A stretch of DNA of 64,000 nucleotides, taken from contig CAVXZB010000024.1 of NCBI GenBank assembly GCA_963765895.1, forward strand, positions 96,001 through 160,000, read 5' to 3'. Below the pieces are notes generated by a model, which worked only from the letters and a program-made list of their open reading frames with translations, ran no database searches and was not told the origin of the DNA. This DNA is from an uncultured Nitrososphaeraceae archaeon. Its GTDB lineage: Archaea > Thermoproteota > Nitrososphaeria > Nitrososphaerales > Nitrososphaeraceae. Position 1 is the stretch's first letter; each line of letters opens with the position of its first letter. Positions 32,399-44,089 of the stretch are shown piece after piece. Position numbers and translations under genes: made by a program.

Positions 32399-34654
32399 TT
32401 GCATTCAAGGTACCAACAGATGTATGTGAAAAGTATCCTGGAAATGCCAAGGATCAATTATTTGTTTATAATTTTGCTCAGTCTTTTTTTGGCGACTTTT
32501 GCCACTTCCTATGTTTATTCTAGTTCAGAAAATATAGATTTAGATCATTATGTACCGATGAAAAGAGGCATAACCGTGACCAATTCACTTGTGAATATTT
32601 TAAGTGGTCGGAATTTACCAACTTCACTCAACCTCACGCCACCAAATCTGACGTCAGCCGGGATAAAAGTTGGCAGCGAACCCAGAAACCTTGCAATTAA
32701 TCCCATAACAAATACAATTTACGTTGCCAATTATCTATCTGACACTATCTCTGTACTGGACGGCAACCATGGGGATAAAGTTATCAGCAATATTAGAGTT
32801 GGTAAATCACCTGCCGGCCTCGCGATTGATCTCACAAGAAACCTTCTGTACGTCAGTAACGAACGACTAAATACTGTTTCTGTCATTGACTGCCGAACAA
32901 ATCAGATCAAGAGCAATTTCATAGTCGGTCTTTCTCCGACTGGTATAGGCATTAGTCCTGTTACAAATACGATCTATGTGATTAGCTCACTTACTCACTC
33001 TATTTCGGTTGTAGATGGCAAAACTTACGTTCTATTAAAAATGCTTACGGTCGGCAAATCTCCGACTGGTATAGGCATTAATCCTGTTACAAATACGATC
33101 TATGTGACAAATCAGGATTCCAATACTACAACTGTAATCGACGGAAGGTCAAACCACGTAATAACCAATATTCATGTCGGTCATTCTCCATATAGTGTGG
33201 ATGTGAATCCTAAAACTAATGAGATCTTTGTCACTAATCGAGGATTCCCAGCTGACGGTGTCATAACGACTGTTACGGATTCAATGTCAGTTTCTGTGAT
33301 TAATGGTTATACTAATGAAGTAATAAAGACTATGTCCGTGGGAAATTCGCCTGAAGGAATTGCTGTCAATCCCATTACGAATACCATCTATGTTGCAAAC
33401 TCTGGGTCGTATAGTGTCTCAATTTTGAACGGATCTGACAGTGGTAGCAAAGCTTTAGACAACGTTAATTTGGTAACTAAAAATTTTACTGAATTACCCC
33501 AGATTTACAATCTTGCAACATATCTGGCAGTAAATCCAAAGACAAATAAAGTCTATATTACTAGCGAAGATGCCGATGTCGTCTCTGTTCTGAATATCAA
33601 TACTAGTGTTATCGATAATTTCGGATCTCGCAACATTAATCAAAATAAGGTATTGCTCACTGGAAAAATTACTCCTAACCAAATTAGACAGCCTGGAACT
33701 ACATTGCCTGGAATAATAGTTGGAAAGTCACCCCATGGAGTTGCCGTAAACCCAAATAGTGACAGGATTTACGTGACCAACCAAGAATCTGATAGCATTT
33801 CAATTCTAGACGGTAAGACTCAAAGGATAGTCACAAACAATATCCATGTCGGAACTTTTCCACATGTTGTGGTCACAAATCCTATCACAAATAAAGTATA
33901 TGTTACTAATTGGGGTACTATTGATACCAATTCTCGTACCGTCTCAGTTCTAGATGGTAGAACAAATAAAATAATAGCAGATATTCCTACGGGCAATTCC
34001 CCACACAGTGTAGTAGTTAATCCCAATACGAACAGGGTATTTGTCACCAATGAGGATGATAATACCATATCAGTTATTGATGGTAACACGGACAAAGTTT
34101 TGAAAACCGTAAGAGTTGGAAATTCGCCAGAAGAGGCGGCTATTAATACCCGTACTAACTTAGTGTATTTGACCAATGCTGATGATAATACCATATCAGT
34201 TATTGATGGTAACACGGACAAAGTTTTGAAAACCGTAAGAGTTGGAAATTCGCCTGCGGATATAGTTATTAATGAAGCCACAAATATGATCTATGTTGCG
34301 AATCAAGATGATGATACCGTTTCTGTAATTAATGGATCTAAGGATCGCGGCACAGTCGTTGCGGCCATTCCCTCAGGTAGTCAACCACATGGTGATGCCT
34401 TTAATCCACATACAAATAAACTATATATAAGTAATGTTGGCTCCAATACTATTACAGTTATTAATGCCACTACGAATAAGATTATGGATAGGATTACCAT
34501 CGGTGACCCAAATCTAGCTGATGATTTTGATTTTGCAAGCCATATAGCTGTAAATCCAAATGATAATCTAATCTATGTAACTAGCCAAGATGCAAACGCA
34601 ATTACTGTGATAGATGGCAATACTGACAGGATTCTTGGATGGAGTAACTTTTGA
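32399..34654 (+). CDS. Surface YVTN/YncE beta-propeller repeat protein (two propellers)
   Basis: Signal/TM segment and ~14 repeats of VGxxPxxxAxNPxTNxIYVxN..SVIDG. Confidence 0.93.
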   Translation: MHSRYQQMYVKSILEMPRINYLFIILLSLFLATFATSYVYSSSENIDLDHYVPMKRGITVTNSLVNILSGRNLPTSLNLTPPNLTSAGIKVGSEPRNLAINPITNTIYVANYLSDTISVLDGNHGDKVISNIRVGKSPAGLAIDLTRNLLYVSNERLNTVSVIDCRTNQIKSNFIVGLSPTGIGISPVTNTIYVISSLTHSISVVDGKTYVLLKMLTVGKSPTGIGINPVTNTIYVTNQDSNTTTVIDGRSNHVITNIHVGHSPYSVDVNPKTNEIFVTNRGFPADGVITTVTDSMSVSVINGYTNEVIKTMSVGNSPEGIAVNPITNTIYVANSGSYSVSILNGSDSGSKALDNVNLVTKNFTELPQIYNLATYLAVNPKTNKVYITSEDADVVSVLNINTSVIDNFGSRNINQNKVLLTGKITPNQIRQPGTTLPGIIVGKSPHGVAVNPNSDRIYVTNQESDSISILDGKTQRIVTNNIHVGTFPHVVVTNPITNKVYVTNWGTIDTNSRTVSVLDGRTNKIIADIPTGNSPHSVVVNPNTNRVFVTNEDDNTISVIDGNTDKVLKTVRVGNSPEEAAINTRTNLVYLTNADDNTISVIDGNTDKVLKTVRVGNSPADIVINEATNMIYVANQDDDTVSVINGSKDRGTVVAAIPSGSQPHGDAFNPHTNKLYISNVGSNTITVINATTNKIMDRITIGDPNLADDFDFASHIAVNPNDNLIYVTSQDANAITVIDGNTDRILGWSNF
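34055..34254. repeat. 74-bp exact direct repeat at 126-bp spacing inside the YVTN gene
   Basis: 34055-34128 equals 34181-34254; a similar near-identical pair at 32933-32981 and 33059-33107. Confidence 0.85.
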
Positions 34655-34856
34655 AATTATATCATCTTCACTAACGTTCTATCCTCCACTATATTCTAAC
34701 TAAGCCGGACCGTTGTATTATGGCTTAAACCAAGCAAGCTAGCTCCATGGACTTAGGTTTGTATATGCGCATAAAAATTATGTCTGTCGAATATGGATAA
34801 CGTGCCTATCCAAAGCAATAAGGCTATAACAATTGGTTACGTAAAGATCGTATATA

Positions 34857-35282
34857 ATGCCGCCATACGAAGCAGAGAATGATTTAAATGCTGAAAGAAA
34901 GAGATCGATTCTCGTTGTTGATGACGAACCCGACATAGTAATTACCTTAAGGACAGTACTCGAAAGAAATAACTTTACGGTAGATGCATACACCGAACCT
35001 CAACAGGCGATAAAAAGCTTCAAGCCTGGTGTTTATAACCTCTTGATATTAGACATAAAAATGCCACAAATGAATGGGTTTGAGCTCTATAAGGAATTAA
35101 GGAAGATAGATGAAAAGATCAAAGTATGCTTTTTGACAGCCCTGAGTGAGTTACATGACTATGACGCATTCAAGGGAGAGGTATTTCCTAAATCTGGCCA
35201 GAGGTATTACGTACAAAAACCAATAGAAAATGACGAGATCTTGGTTAGGATCAATGAGATTCTTAACTCTTCTCAAGTATGA
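34857..35282 (+). CDS. Stand-alone response regulator receiver protein
   Basis: ILVVDDE, LILDIKMPQMNGFEL, FLTA, QKP. Confidence 0.93.
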   Translation: MPPYEAENDLNAERKRSILVVDDEPDIVITLRTVLERNNFTVDAYTEPQQAIKSFKPGVYNLLILDIKMPQMNGFELYKELRKIDEKIKVCFLTALSELHDYDAFKGEVFPKSGQRYYVQKPIENDEILVRINEILNSSQV

Positions 35283-35802
35283 GAGATAAATAGAGTTATC
35301 AATAGCTTGGGTGCACGTTGCTATTAAAACGTCTTCCTCAGAATAGTATAATCTCGGTACATTATAACCACAATTCGTAGAAAATTTGGTCTAATTTATT
35401 TTCTTCAAGGTTTCGCTATTGCCCTAATCATTGCACTTTCTATCTGTGTCAGCATTTAGTTATACTTTATAGTAGTAACAAAATAATATTTACTCTTTGT
35501 AAAAAAACACTCTACCTATTTTGGCCGAATGGATGCATCTAGATACTATTACATAATGAACTGACAACACAAGTTAGAAACCCACATACCGTTATTTCCA
35601 ACTTCTAATTGAATCTGCTTGCGCAAGGTTAACGTTCTGTATTAGCACTATGTACCTTCCTGGAAAAACTGGACATTATTTTATCCTACAAAACACGGCA
35701 CATTACAATTAGGTCTGCATAGCTTAAGATTTACTCAGAAATATGTGCGGCTTTGTCGATTCAAGTAACGTAATTATATAGTATTGGGAGACTGAATAAC
35801 GA

Positions 35803-35982
35803 ATGAAAACATTATCGTGCCGCGAGGCAGGATTTGATTGTGATTATGTAGTTAAGGGTGAAACAGAAGAAGAGATTTTTAAAAATGGAGGTGAGCATGC
35901 CATGAAGGACCACGGAATGAAGCCTGAAGACATTACATCAGAATTTAAGGAGAAGTTAAGAGGATTAATTAAAACTTCGTAG
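35803..35982 (+). CDS. DUF1059-like small metal-binding protein (59 aa)
   Basis: Hand translation MKTLSCREAGFDCDYVVKGETEEEIFKNGGEHAMKDHGMKPEDITSEFKEKLRGLIKTS*; TTATATA box upstream; not in the ORF track. Confidence 0.88.
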   Translation: MKTLSCREAGFDCDYVVKGETEEEIFKNGGEHAMKDHGMKPEDITSEFKEKLRGLIKTS

Positions 35983-36287
35983 GTATGCCTTTATAGAGAG
36001 GCCAACCTATCGAAAGACTTTTGCATTTAACATTTTGTTACGAATAATAAGGCACTTCTCTGTATCATTTATGTCGGGAGAAGTTAGCTGGTCTATAATC
36101 TAGGTTGCCCACAGATGCTGTCCTTAATCCTTCCATTCTGGAAATTTAGCCAAATCCAAACAATAAGTCATGCCTTATTTATCGATTGACGTGCACTGTT
36201 TATTACGAGAAGAGATAATCAATGATGGCCTAAGGACGAATAAATTAAGATATACCACAGGAGCAAATTCATAATCGGGTAAGAAGG

Positions 36288-37436
36288 TTGTTCTTGACTA
36301 GACATCTAAAAATGACGAAACATCTGATACTGTATATTCTTCTTTTATTTATACCAGCAGCTATAGTTACCGACTTAATTCACAGTGATCACTATGTGAC
36401 TTTCATATTCGCTTGTGTTGCCCTGATTCCATTAGCGAAAATGATTGGAGATTCCACTGAACATCTAGGTTCACATTATGGTGCTACTGCTGGTTCATTG
36501 CTTAATGTAACGTTTGGCAATGCACCAGAATTAATAATAGCAACTTCAGCAATGAACGCTGGTCTCTTTACACTGGTCAAAGCATCTATTACGGGGTCTA
36601 TCTTAGGAAATATTCTTTTAATTCTAGGATTGAGCCTTATTGCGGGAGGATTAAGGAATAAAGAGCAACGATTCAACAAGGAAAATACAGGTATGCAAAC
36701 TTCGATGTTATTTATTGCTATAATAGGATTGATAATTCCGACAATACTAGCTGCAACTACTTTGAACAACAGTCCAGAAGCCAATTCAAATGGACAGAAA
36801 ATACAACTTTTGAGCGAGTTGGTAGCTTTTATACTCCTGGCAGTCTACATTTGTGGCATCATATTTACATTTGTGACCCACAAGCATCTATTTACCCAGG
36901 ACAATGAAATAATCGAGGCTGAGATTCAGAATGGAAACACCACGGGAATCTTCAACAATGACAAGCAGTTGTATATATGGAGCAAAAAGAGATGTTTCAC
37001 TATACTTTCCTTTAGTATCATAGGAGTAGTTATAACGAGCGAAATACTTGTGGGAGCAGTATCAATTGCAGCCAAAGAGTTTGGATTTGGAGAACTATTC
37101 ATCGGAGCGATCATTGTCGGTATAATTGGAAATGCTGCGGAACATAGTAGTGCCCTGATCCTTGCGGCAAAAAATAAGCTTGATTTATCCATAGGTATTG
37201 CATCGGGATCTGGAACTCAAGTTGCTTTATTTGTTGCCCCTACATTAGTGATTATAGGAATAATAATTCATCAACCGTTTACACTCGTTTTTACTACGTT
37301 TGAATTAATTGCATTATTGCTGGCAGTGATAATACTAAACTGGATTGCACACGATGGAAAGAGCAACTGGTTCGAAGGCGTCATGCTTACTTGCGTATTT
37401 ATAATAATTGCAATAGGTTTTTACTTTGTAGGTTAG
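36288..37436 (+). CDS. cax: Ca2+/H+ antiporter (CaCA family)
   Basis: LLNVTFGNAPELI, GSILGNILLILG, GNAAEH alpha repeats, SNWFEG. Confidence 0.93.
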   Translation: MFLTRHLKMTKHLILYILLLFIPAAIVTDLIHSDHYVTFIFACVALIPLAKMIGDSTEHLGSHYGATAGSLLNVTFGNAPELIIATSAMNAGLFTLVKASITGSILGNILLILGLSLIAGGLRNKEQRFNKENTGMQTSMLFIAIIGLIIPTILAATTLNNSPEANSNGQKIQLLSELVAFILLAVYICGIIFTFVTHKHLFTQDNEIIEAEIQNGNTTGIFNNDKQLYIWSKKRCFTILSFSIIGVVITSEILVGAVSIAAKEFGFGELFIGAIIVGIIGNAAEHSSALILAAKNKLDLSIGIASGSGTQVALFVAPTLVIIGIIIHQPFTLVFTTFELIALLLAVIILNWIAHDGKSNWFEGVMLTCVFIIIAIGFYFVG

Positions 37437-39085
37437 GCCCTCTACTAGAAATAACGATATACGATGATCACATTTTTTGTTTTTGAGTATGTTCGAGTCG
37501 GCTCCCAAATTTGAACTAGATTCATATTTTCTATAATCTAGCAGCACTTGATAGTTCATTTACTAAATTCGAAAGTTATTGTTTTAGGTAAGTTTCTACG
37601 TTTACGGACAATCAACTGGTAACTTGACATATTGATAAATTTTGATGTTCGTTACAAGGATTTCCCTCAATTGAATTTAGATCTAATCAGACAAGCAGAT
37701 AACTCTCCGTCTAAGATGTAGATTGGCTATAATCTTAGTACATTCTGCTCTTGAATTCAGCAACTAATAACTGTAATGCCATAGTAAATATTTTAGGAGT
37801 ATTCATGACTACGTTTACGGCTTCCAATAATTAGACAGTGACGCCAATGTTTTCGTAGTTTCGAAAGTAAAGTCTAACAACCGGGATCGTTAGTAAGCCG
37901 TCAAGCCCGACAATATCCTTTATCTCTATAAAGATGATTCTCATAATCTGCCGCGAAATCGTAGAGTTAGCATTTTTATAATCATTCTATTTTACAAAAC
38001 TAAAAGTGGTGTGCCAAACATTCTGAAAGTTCCTTTGCGGTAGACAATTATCTAGTACACTTGCCTCACCACAATGGGAAAGACTTAATATCTTCGTGGA
38101 TATCTTGAGAAATCAGTACCTCTTCGAGTTGTAGCTTTAACTCTACACTGGTTATGATTCATTTCCATATTGACTGGTTCATTAACCTTATCCGATAATT
38201 TTAGCTAGCAAACCGAGTAGTCGTTCAAGTTCCGCTTTCCTGTCTTCTGTCCTCATTCCTGCTCAGTCATTAGCACTAATTTGCGGTTAAACATCAATTT
38301 GACCTGATCTGAATTCCTTCCACACAGATGTTTGGACCCGCGGCTCATTCCAAATCACAAATCCTGTGGGATACACTGATAATTATGAGATTCGTCAGAC
38401 TCGGCCGCGTTATATCAAGTCATAGTTCTCAGGAACCGCAGAATTTATGCACAAAATAGCATGTCGAAGTGAGAGCATAAGTTTTGATTGCGGTGAACAC
38501 GGTGAAGTTATCCTCCAGTTGACTTATTTTCATAAGCTGCTTTAAGAGTATCTTCCGGAAACCAAATTGATGGCCTCAACCAGAGGCAAGGACTATGAAT
38601 AATTCAAAATAGTGTAGTGAGAAACAAAGATATTTTATAAAGAAAACGCCTACCTTTCTACGGCATGGATAATCCTCTACACACGTACACTGCCCAACAG
38701 GTGGGTATTACCCAGCAGAATTGATTGGCGTAGATATCTAAATTCGCTATATAATTAGATGTATCCAGAACAGCGATTTATACGAGAAGGCGAAAAAAAT
38801 ATTCGAACAGACTGTCGTTTTGATTGGTGCAGGGGCATTAAATACGAAAACGATATGCTATGTATCGGATCATAAGATGAGCCACTATTTGGCCACAATA
38901 TTTCTTGTCTTCATTTGATATCAAATTTAAATTATGCTATAGCTAATTTGCCACGTCCGCTTTTAAATCATAGGAACATAAACAATTAGATCGTTTCACA
39001 CTCGTTTCCACCTTCAGAAGTCCACAAATAAAGATAAAAGGTTGATATTACCTTATCGCAAAAACATATACGACAAATAATCATT

Positions 39086-39850
39086 TTGAATAGTTGTTTT
39101 ACCTGTGGATACGATGAAAGTATTCCTTTCAAATGTAATTATTGTGGCGAATGGTTTTGTCATCTACATCGAATTCCAATAAACCATTCATGTCCCTTCG
39201 TCAATGAATACGTTGAAAAGAGAAAAATCATGATGCAAGGTGATTTTGTTGGACATTCCAGAAATTCATCATTTTTAAAATCGCTGCTCAAAGCAATGAA
39301 GATCAAGAGTTCCAAGACGGAGTTGTTGCATCTATCTATTGCTACTCTGCTAGTTATGGCAGTTGGCTTATCCTTTAATCATTACCGATACATTTCTTGG
39401 CAGTTTCTTGCCATCTTTGTTACTGCGTTTCTTATACACGAGCTAGCTCACAAGTTCTTGGCACAGTACTATGGTAGCTGGGCTGAATTTCGTGCACAGT
39501 TATATGGTTTAATAATTACCGCGATATCTGCTTTACCAATCATGCCATTTAAATTCATTGCACCCGGGGCAGTTATGGTAGGACTATCAGACAAGAATAG
39601 ATTCGGAAGAGTTGCATTAATTGGTCCCATGACCAATTTGATCATGGGTTTTGGATTTCTGATGTCAAGCTATTTGTTTCCCTACAGTCCATATATGTAT
39701 GTCGGCGCGTCGTTCAACGCGTGGATAGCGATGTTTAATTTATTGCCTTTTGGAGTACTGGATGGACAAAAAATATTTGACTGGAACAAGGTAGTTTGGG
39801 CCTGCACTATGGCTTCTACAATGGCATTATTCATAACTTCCTATCTCTAA
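39086..39850 (+). CDS. AN1 zinc finger fused to M50 (site-2) membrane metalloprotease
   Basis: CFTC...PFKCNYCGEWFCHLHRIPINHSC; HELAHK; FNLLPFGVLDG. Confidence 0.9.
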   Translation: MNSCFTCGYDESIPFKCNYCGEWFCHLHRIPINHSCPFVNEYVEKRKIMMQGDFVGHSRNSSFLKSLLKAMKIKSSKTELLHLSIATLLVMAVGLSFNHYRYISWQFLAIFVTAFLIHELAHKFLAQYYGSWAEFRAQLYGLIITAISALPIMPFKFIAPGAVMVGLSDKNRFGRVALIGPMTNLIMGFGFLMSSYLFPYSPYMYVGASFNAWIAMFNLLPFGVLDGQKIFDWNKVVWACTMASTMALFITSYL

Positions 39851-39913
39851 ATACCTAGATTTCATATATAATTCCCAGAATACATTTAACCCATTATATC
39901 GAGCGAGATCTAT

Positions 39914-40852
39914 TTGAGTGGTGATCTAGGAGATTTAAACCTCACAGCAAGTGACTTTGCAAACACCTTAGGAGCTGCTATCTCCACTCTACTAGAAGAG
40001 CAATCTACAGGGCTAATAGCAGGAGGAAAGATATCTAATAAAATTGTAGAACTTCAAATCCCAGAAAAGCTCGTGGTAATCGGCGACGTACATGGTGATT
40101 TGCGGGCTTTACAAAGTATTCTTAGGAAAATTAAGATTGATAAATTTGTTCTGAATCATAACAATAAGATTATCTTTTTGGGTGATTATGTCGATAGAGG
40201 ACTAGGTTCTATTGAGGTCCTCCATACGATATGTTTGCTAAAAATCCATCATCCACATTCTGTCGTCCTGATGCGCGGAAATCACGAAGCACCTATAGAA
40301 TTTCCGATTTCCTCGCATGATCTACCCAAGAGAATGGCCGAAAGATTTGGCAGAAGAATTGGTGCTGAAATATATCAAACTAAAATTATGGAACTATTTC
40401 AGTTGCTATATCTCGTCACAATTGTCGAAGGGGAATTATTCCTTGTCCATGGCGGTGTCCCAACAAACCTTAATGACGTAGCCAAGAAATTTAATGATAT
40501 ATCATCTAACGAAAAGGGCTTGATTGATGACATAATGGAAGAAATATTATGGAACGATCCTAGGACTCTTCCGGAAGGAAAAGAATGGGAGAATTCCAGA
40601 AGAGGCTTGGGCAAACACTTCAGTTTAGATGTTACGAAAAAATGGCTAAGCATTTCAAATACTAAGGTAATAGTTAGAGGCCATGAACCGTGTAATGGCT
40701 TCAAACTTGATCACGATGGTAGGGTCCTAACTCTGTTTTCGTGCAATGAGGCCTATCCCAAATTTAGCGTAGGTTATATTGCAACTTCAGGCAAGAGATT
40801 ACACTCAATTAGAAACGGCTATGATCTATCTGAAATGGTAAAGATACTCTAA
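39914..40852 (+). CDS. PPP-family serine/threonine protein phosphatase
   Basis: GDVHG, GDYVDRG, RGNHE, HGG, LWNDP, RGHE, TLFS. Confidence 0.93.
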   Translation: MSGDLGDLNLTASDFANTLGAAISTLLEEQSTGLIAGGKISNKIVELQIPEKLVVIGDVHGDLRALQSILRKIKIDKFVLNHNNKIIFLGDYVDRGLGSIEVLHTICLLKIHHPHSVVLMRGNHEAPIEFPISSHDLPKRMAERFGRRIGAEIYQTKIMELFQLLYLVTIVEGELFLVHGGVPTNLNDVAKKFNDISSNEKGLIDDIMEEILWNDPRTLPEGKEWENSRRGLGKHFSLDVTKKWLSISNTKVIVRGHEPCNGFKLDHDGRVLTLFSCNEAYPKFSVGYIATSGKRLHSIRNGYDLSEMVKIL

Positions 40853-41131
40853 ATCAATCAAGAACTTTCTCTGAAAGTTATTTTATCTTAAGCATTTGCA
40901 GACAAAAGTCGCGGCCTCATGCCATTATCCAACAATTGGTTGAGATTGATAATATGCCCTTACTTCCCTGTAACGTCATAGTCAGTCTAGTAGTAAGGCC
41001 GTAAGTTGGTACTGGAACTAGGTGTGACCAATATTTTTTGATTTTGGCAATGGATTTGCCTATAATTAATATTCTAGCGTAAATCCTAATACTTGGATGA
41101 GGGAACAAATATTGTTCGATACTATATGGTG

Positions 41132-42058
41132 TTAGATGGAAAGCGTTGCTTTAATCTCCTTACATCGTTTTCGTAGCGATACAGTTGAGATATCAGCTAC
41201 TTGACAAATTTCGACCTGTCTAAGAAATTCATTACAATTTTGTGAAGCAAGATAAATCACCGCTCCTGCCAAGGCTCTTGGATTCTTCCCGATAGATATT
41301 CTATTCAACTGAACTTCCGAATATACCTTTAAGGCTTCCCGTTTAGTTCTTTCACTTAAATTCAATCTATTGGAAATCAGGGTTACATAGTCCGGCCCGT
41401 GCAGAACTGGCATTTGTAATGAGAGTTCCTTTAGGATCAGCTTGTAATGTGACATAACATCCTTGCTAGACAAGTTACAGACTGCCGCCACGTCGGAGAT
41501 GGTTTTTGGTGTTGCAGTCTCCCTACAAGCCGCATAAAGGGCAGCGCCGACTAAGCCCAGAGTTGATCTACCCTTTGCCAACTTTTTAACCGCCGCCTTC
41601 CTATATATATATGCGGCACTTTCCATCACCGCTTGGCTCAAGTATAGCTTGTCTCCAAAATTATTAAGAAATTTCAAAGCCTTTTCCAAATTTCGCGATA
41701 TGGAATCATTTAATTGCGATCTGTTGTTCCAGGTTCTTAGTCTCTGCATTTTCAATCTTTGTGCAGGTTCCAGAGCCTTCCCCCGAGCATCAGTATCTCC
41801 TAATCCGATTAATGTCGATAGGCCCTTATGATGAATTGCTAGTGATTCCGGCATTCCAGTCCTTGATCTGTCACTGAACCCTGATTGCGCACTAAAAGTT
41901 GCCCCGCCTTCATTATTAAAGAACTTGTCATTCGCCACGCAACCGCACGAACTGCAAACGTACTCACTGGAGATCATATCAAAAATGACGGTATAACTTT
42001 TACATTGATCACAATAGGTTGCATCATTAAAATCATTTAACTTGCTCTCTGAAGGCAT
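41132..42058 (-). CDS. tfb: Transcription initiation factor IIB
   Basis: Zn ribbon CDQC...CSSCG, HKGLST, two cyclin repeats (KGRS..AALYAACR; GKNPRALAGAVIY). Confidence 0.95.
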   Translation of the reverse strand: MPSESKLNDFNDATYCDQCKSYTVIFDMISSEYVCSSCGCVANDKFFNNEGGATFSAQSGFSDRSRTGMPESLAIHHKGLSTLIGLGDTDARGKALEPAQRLKMQRLRTWNNRSQLNDSISRNLEKALKFLNNFGDKLYLSQAVMESAAYIYRKAAVKKLAKGRSTLGLVGAALYAACRETATPKTISDVAAVCNLSSKDVMSHYKLILKELSLQMPVLHGPDYVTLISNRLNLSERTKREALKVYSEVQLNRISIGKNPRALAGAVIYLASQNCNEFLRQVEICQVADISTVSLRKRCKEIKATLSI

Positions 42059-42280
42059 CTAATGGTTAACAGGCTCCATTAACAGATCAGACCGAATGGA
42101 TTTTTATCCCTAGTTTTTCTAGAAATCAGATTCTCTTAGTATTATGCGTTTATTTGTCTATTATTCTAGATTATCTGTCAATCTAGCTAGAGACTCTAAT
42201 ATCTAATTATTAAACATTTGGTTATATGAATCGCATTCTAGAAAGAGTGTACTCATATTAAGTTAAACTTACGATCCTAT

Positions 42281-43681
42281 ATGGTACAAGGCTTGATAAT
42301 GGATATTTTGACTGTTATCTGGCTTTTGAATATTCCTATAGCTTTTATTGCAATATTCAGATGCGTTATGAATAATAAGGTCTTTGTAGATAAAAATCCC
42401 GTAAGGATTCATAACGATCCTATAATAATTTTTCAAATTACTACTAGATCAGCTACCACCACCCCCGTGGTCTTTCGTGGAATACGCTCGATAATCGATT
42501 CGTGTTCTAAGATTCGCTATTCAAAATATCAGATATCAGTGGTAACAGACGATAGTAGAGATATCAAGAAATTAAGAGATAGGAAATGTGAGGTCATAGT
42601 TGTAGACAAATCGTTCAAGACTTCGGCAATAAAAAAAGGCAGAGCCTTACAGTACGGAGTGATTCATCGTCGCCATTGCGGCAAGAGTAGTAAAGATTAT
42701 TGGATTTTTCATCTGGACGACGAAAGCTTTCTTACTCCTCAAACAGTTCTTTCTCTTCTAAGGTTTATTAGAGAAGGAGATGGATTAGCTGCTGAAGGCC
42801 CCATATTTTACCCGCTGAAATTTGAGTCTGCAAACTTCCTCACAGCTCTTGCAGAATCGGTTAGGCCTTTCTCTTGCTATGATTGTGTATCTCAAATGAC
42901 AAATGGCGCCATCATCAAAACTCCTCCATTACATATGCATGGCAGTAATCTATTGGTTAGATCTGATATCGAAGATTCAATAGGCTGGGACTTTGGGCCC
43001 ACACTCGCAGAGGATCAACTGTTTGGTTATAAGGTATATAAGAAATACGGTGCTAATTCGCTGGGCTGGCATGGTGGGATTTTATTGGAACAGCCCCCGT
43101 TAAACATTAAAGACCATTTCATGCAAAGACGCAGATGGGTTGTGGGAAGTCTCCAGAATATCGATGAATTTTCGTGGCTTCATAAGCTAAAGGTTATTTA
43201 TAAACTAACAACTTATTTTCTTGGCTTTGCAGCAGGGATAACTTCGATTGCTCTTTCCATTTTAATGCATGTGCCCTTCATTCTAGCACTCTTTGCTGCA
43301 AACGCTAGTACAGGATCTGCTAATATAGACATGATGAATGGCACTTTTAGCAGGACCATAGATGTACTATATAGTGAATCTATACTTCATCTTTGGTCTG
43401 TAGGATCATATTATGAAATTGCTATTTCATCATTGATTTTTATTTCCTCTCTTGTATGGTTATTTTCATACCAATTAGGATTATTCTTAAACTTACGATA
43501 TTCTAATGTAAAACTGAGTAAAAAATTTTTTATGCATATTCAGACTCTAGTACTTTGTCCCATTCTTGGATTGATCGAAACTTTTCCAGCTTTTTTTGCC
43601 ATTATTGAATATGGCTTTAAAAGGAGATCCGCAAACAACCATACTACTCCGGTATACGATTTTTACGTGATAAACAAATGA
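42281..43681 (+). CDS. Membrane GT2 glycosyltransferase (egghead/beta-1,4-mannosyltransferase-like)
   Basis: KGRALQY, HLDDES, HGS, AED, QRRRW motifs and C-terminal TMs. Confidence 0.9.
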   Translation: MVQGLIMDILTVIWLLNIPIAFIAIFRCVMNNKVFVDKNPVRIHNDPIIIFQITTRSATTTPVVFRGIRSIIDSCSKIRYSKYQISVVTDDSRDIKKLRDRKCEVIVVDKSFKTSAIKKGRALQYGVIHRRHCGKSSKDYWIFHLDDESFLTPQTVLSLLRFIREGDGLAAEGPIFYPLKFESANFLTALAESVRPFSCYDCVSQMTNGAIIKTPPLHMHGSNLLVRSDIEDSIGWDFGPTLAEDQLFGYKVYKKYGANSLGWHGGILLEQPPLNIKDHFMQRRRWVVGSLQNIDEFSWLHKLKVIYKLTTYFLGFAAGITSIALSILMHVPFILALFAANASTGSANIDMMNGTFSRTIDVLYSESILHLWSVGSYYEIAISSLIFISSLVWLFSYQLGLFLNLRYSNVKLSKKFFMHIQTLVLCPILGLIETFPAFFAIIEYGFKRRSANNHTTPVYDFYVINK

Positions 43682-44089
43682 TAGATAGCGATTCTACTCA
43701 ATAGGATTAGGAATATATTTTATAATCCCTTTTTGGCAGCAGTATGTGCTTCCTAAATAACACGAAACTTATTGAATTGCTGCTCATGACTTAAAACACT
43801 AAACATGAAATAGATAATTGATCTATTAGCCTTGATCACAATCTACGCCTTAGGCTAGTTAAAAGCCGGAATAATAACCTGTTACGCTTAAAGCCTGGCC
43901 ATCCTGTTTAGACTCGCGTATAGGCACGACCCTGTTTAGGCCTGTCATGGAATCAAGAAAAAGATGACACGTTCAAGAAATGCTGTTAATAGCTAACTAA
44001 AGATCCTGCTTAATACAAACATAAAATTCTAGTGGATTATCTTGTGAATTGACAGTTTTAATTCGAATAATAAATCTTAACAATTATCC

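Noticed and set aside
37450-39050. Long gene-free stretches (also 11800-12900, 17800-19250, 20400-21450) with short ORFs
   Set aside because: No recognisable motifs, repeats or consistent frame; probably eroded pseudogene DNA
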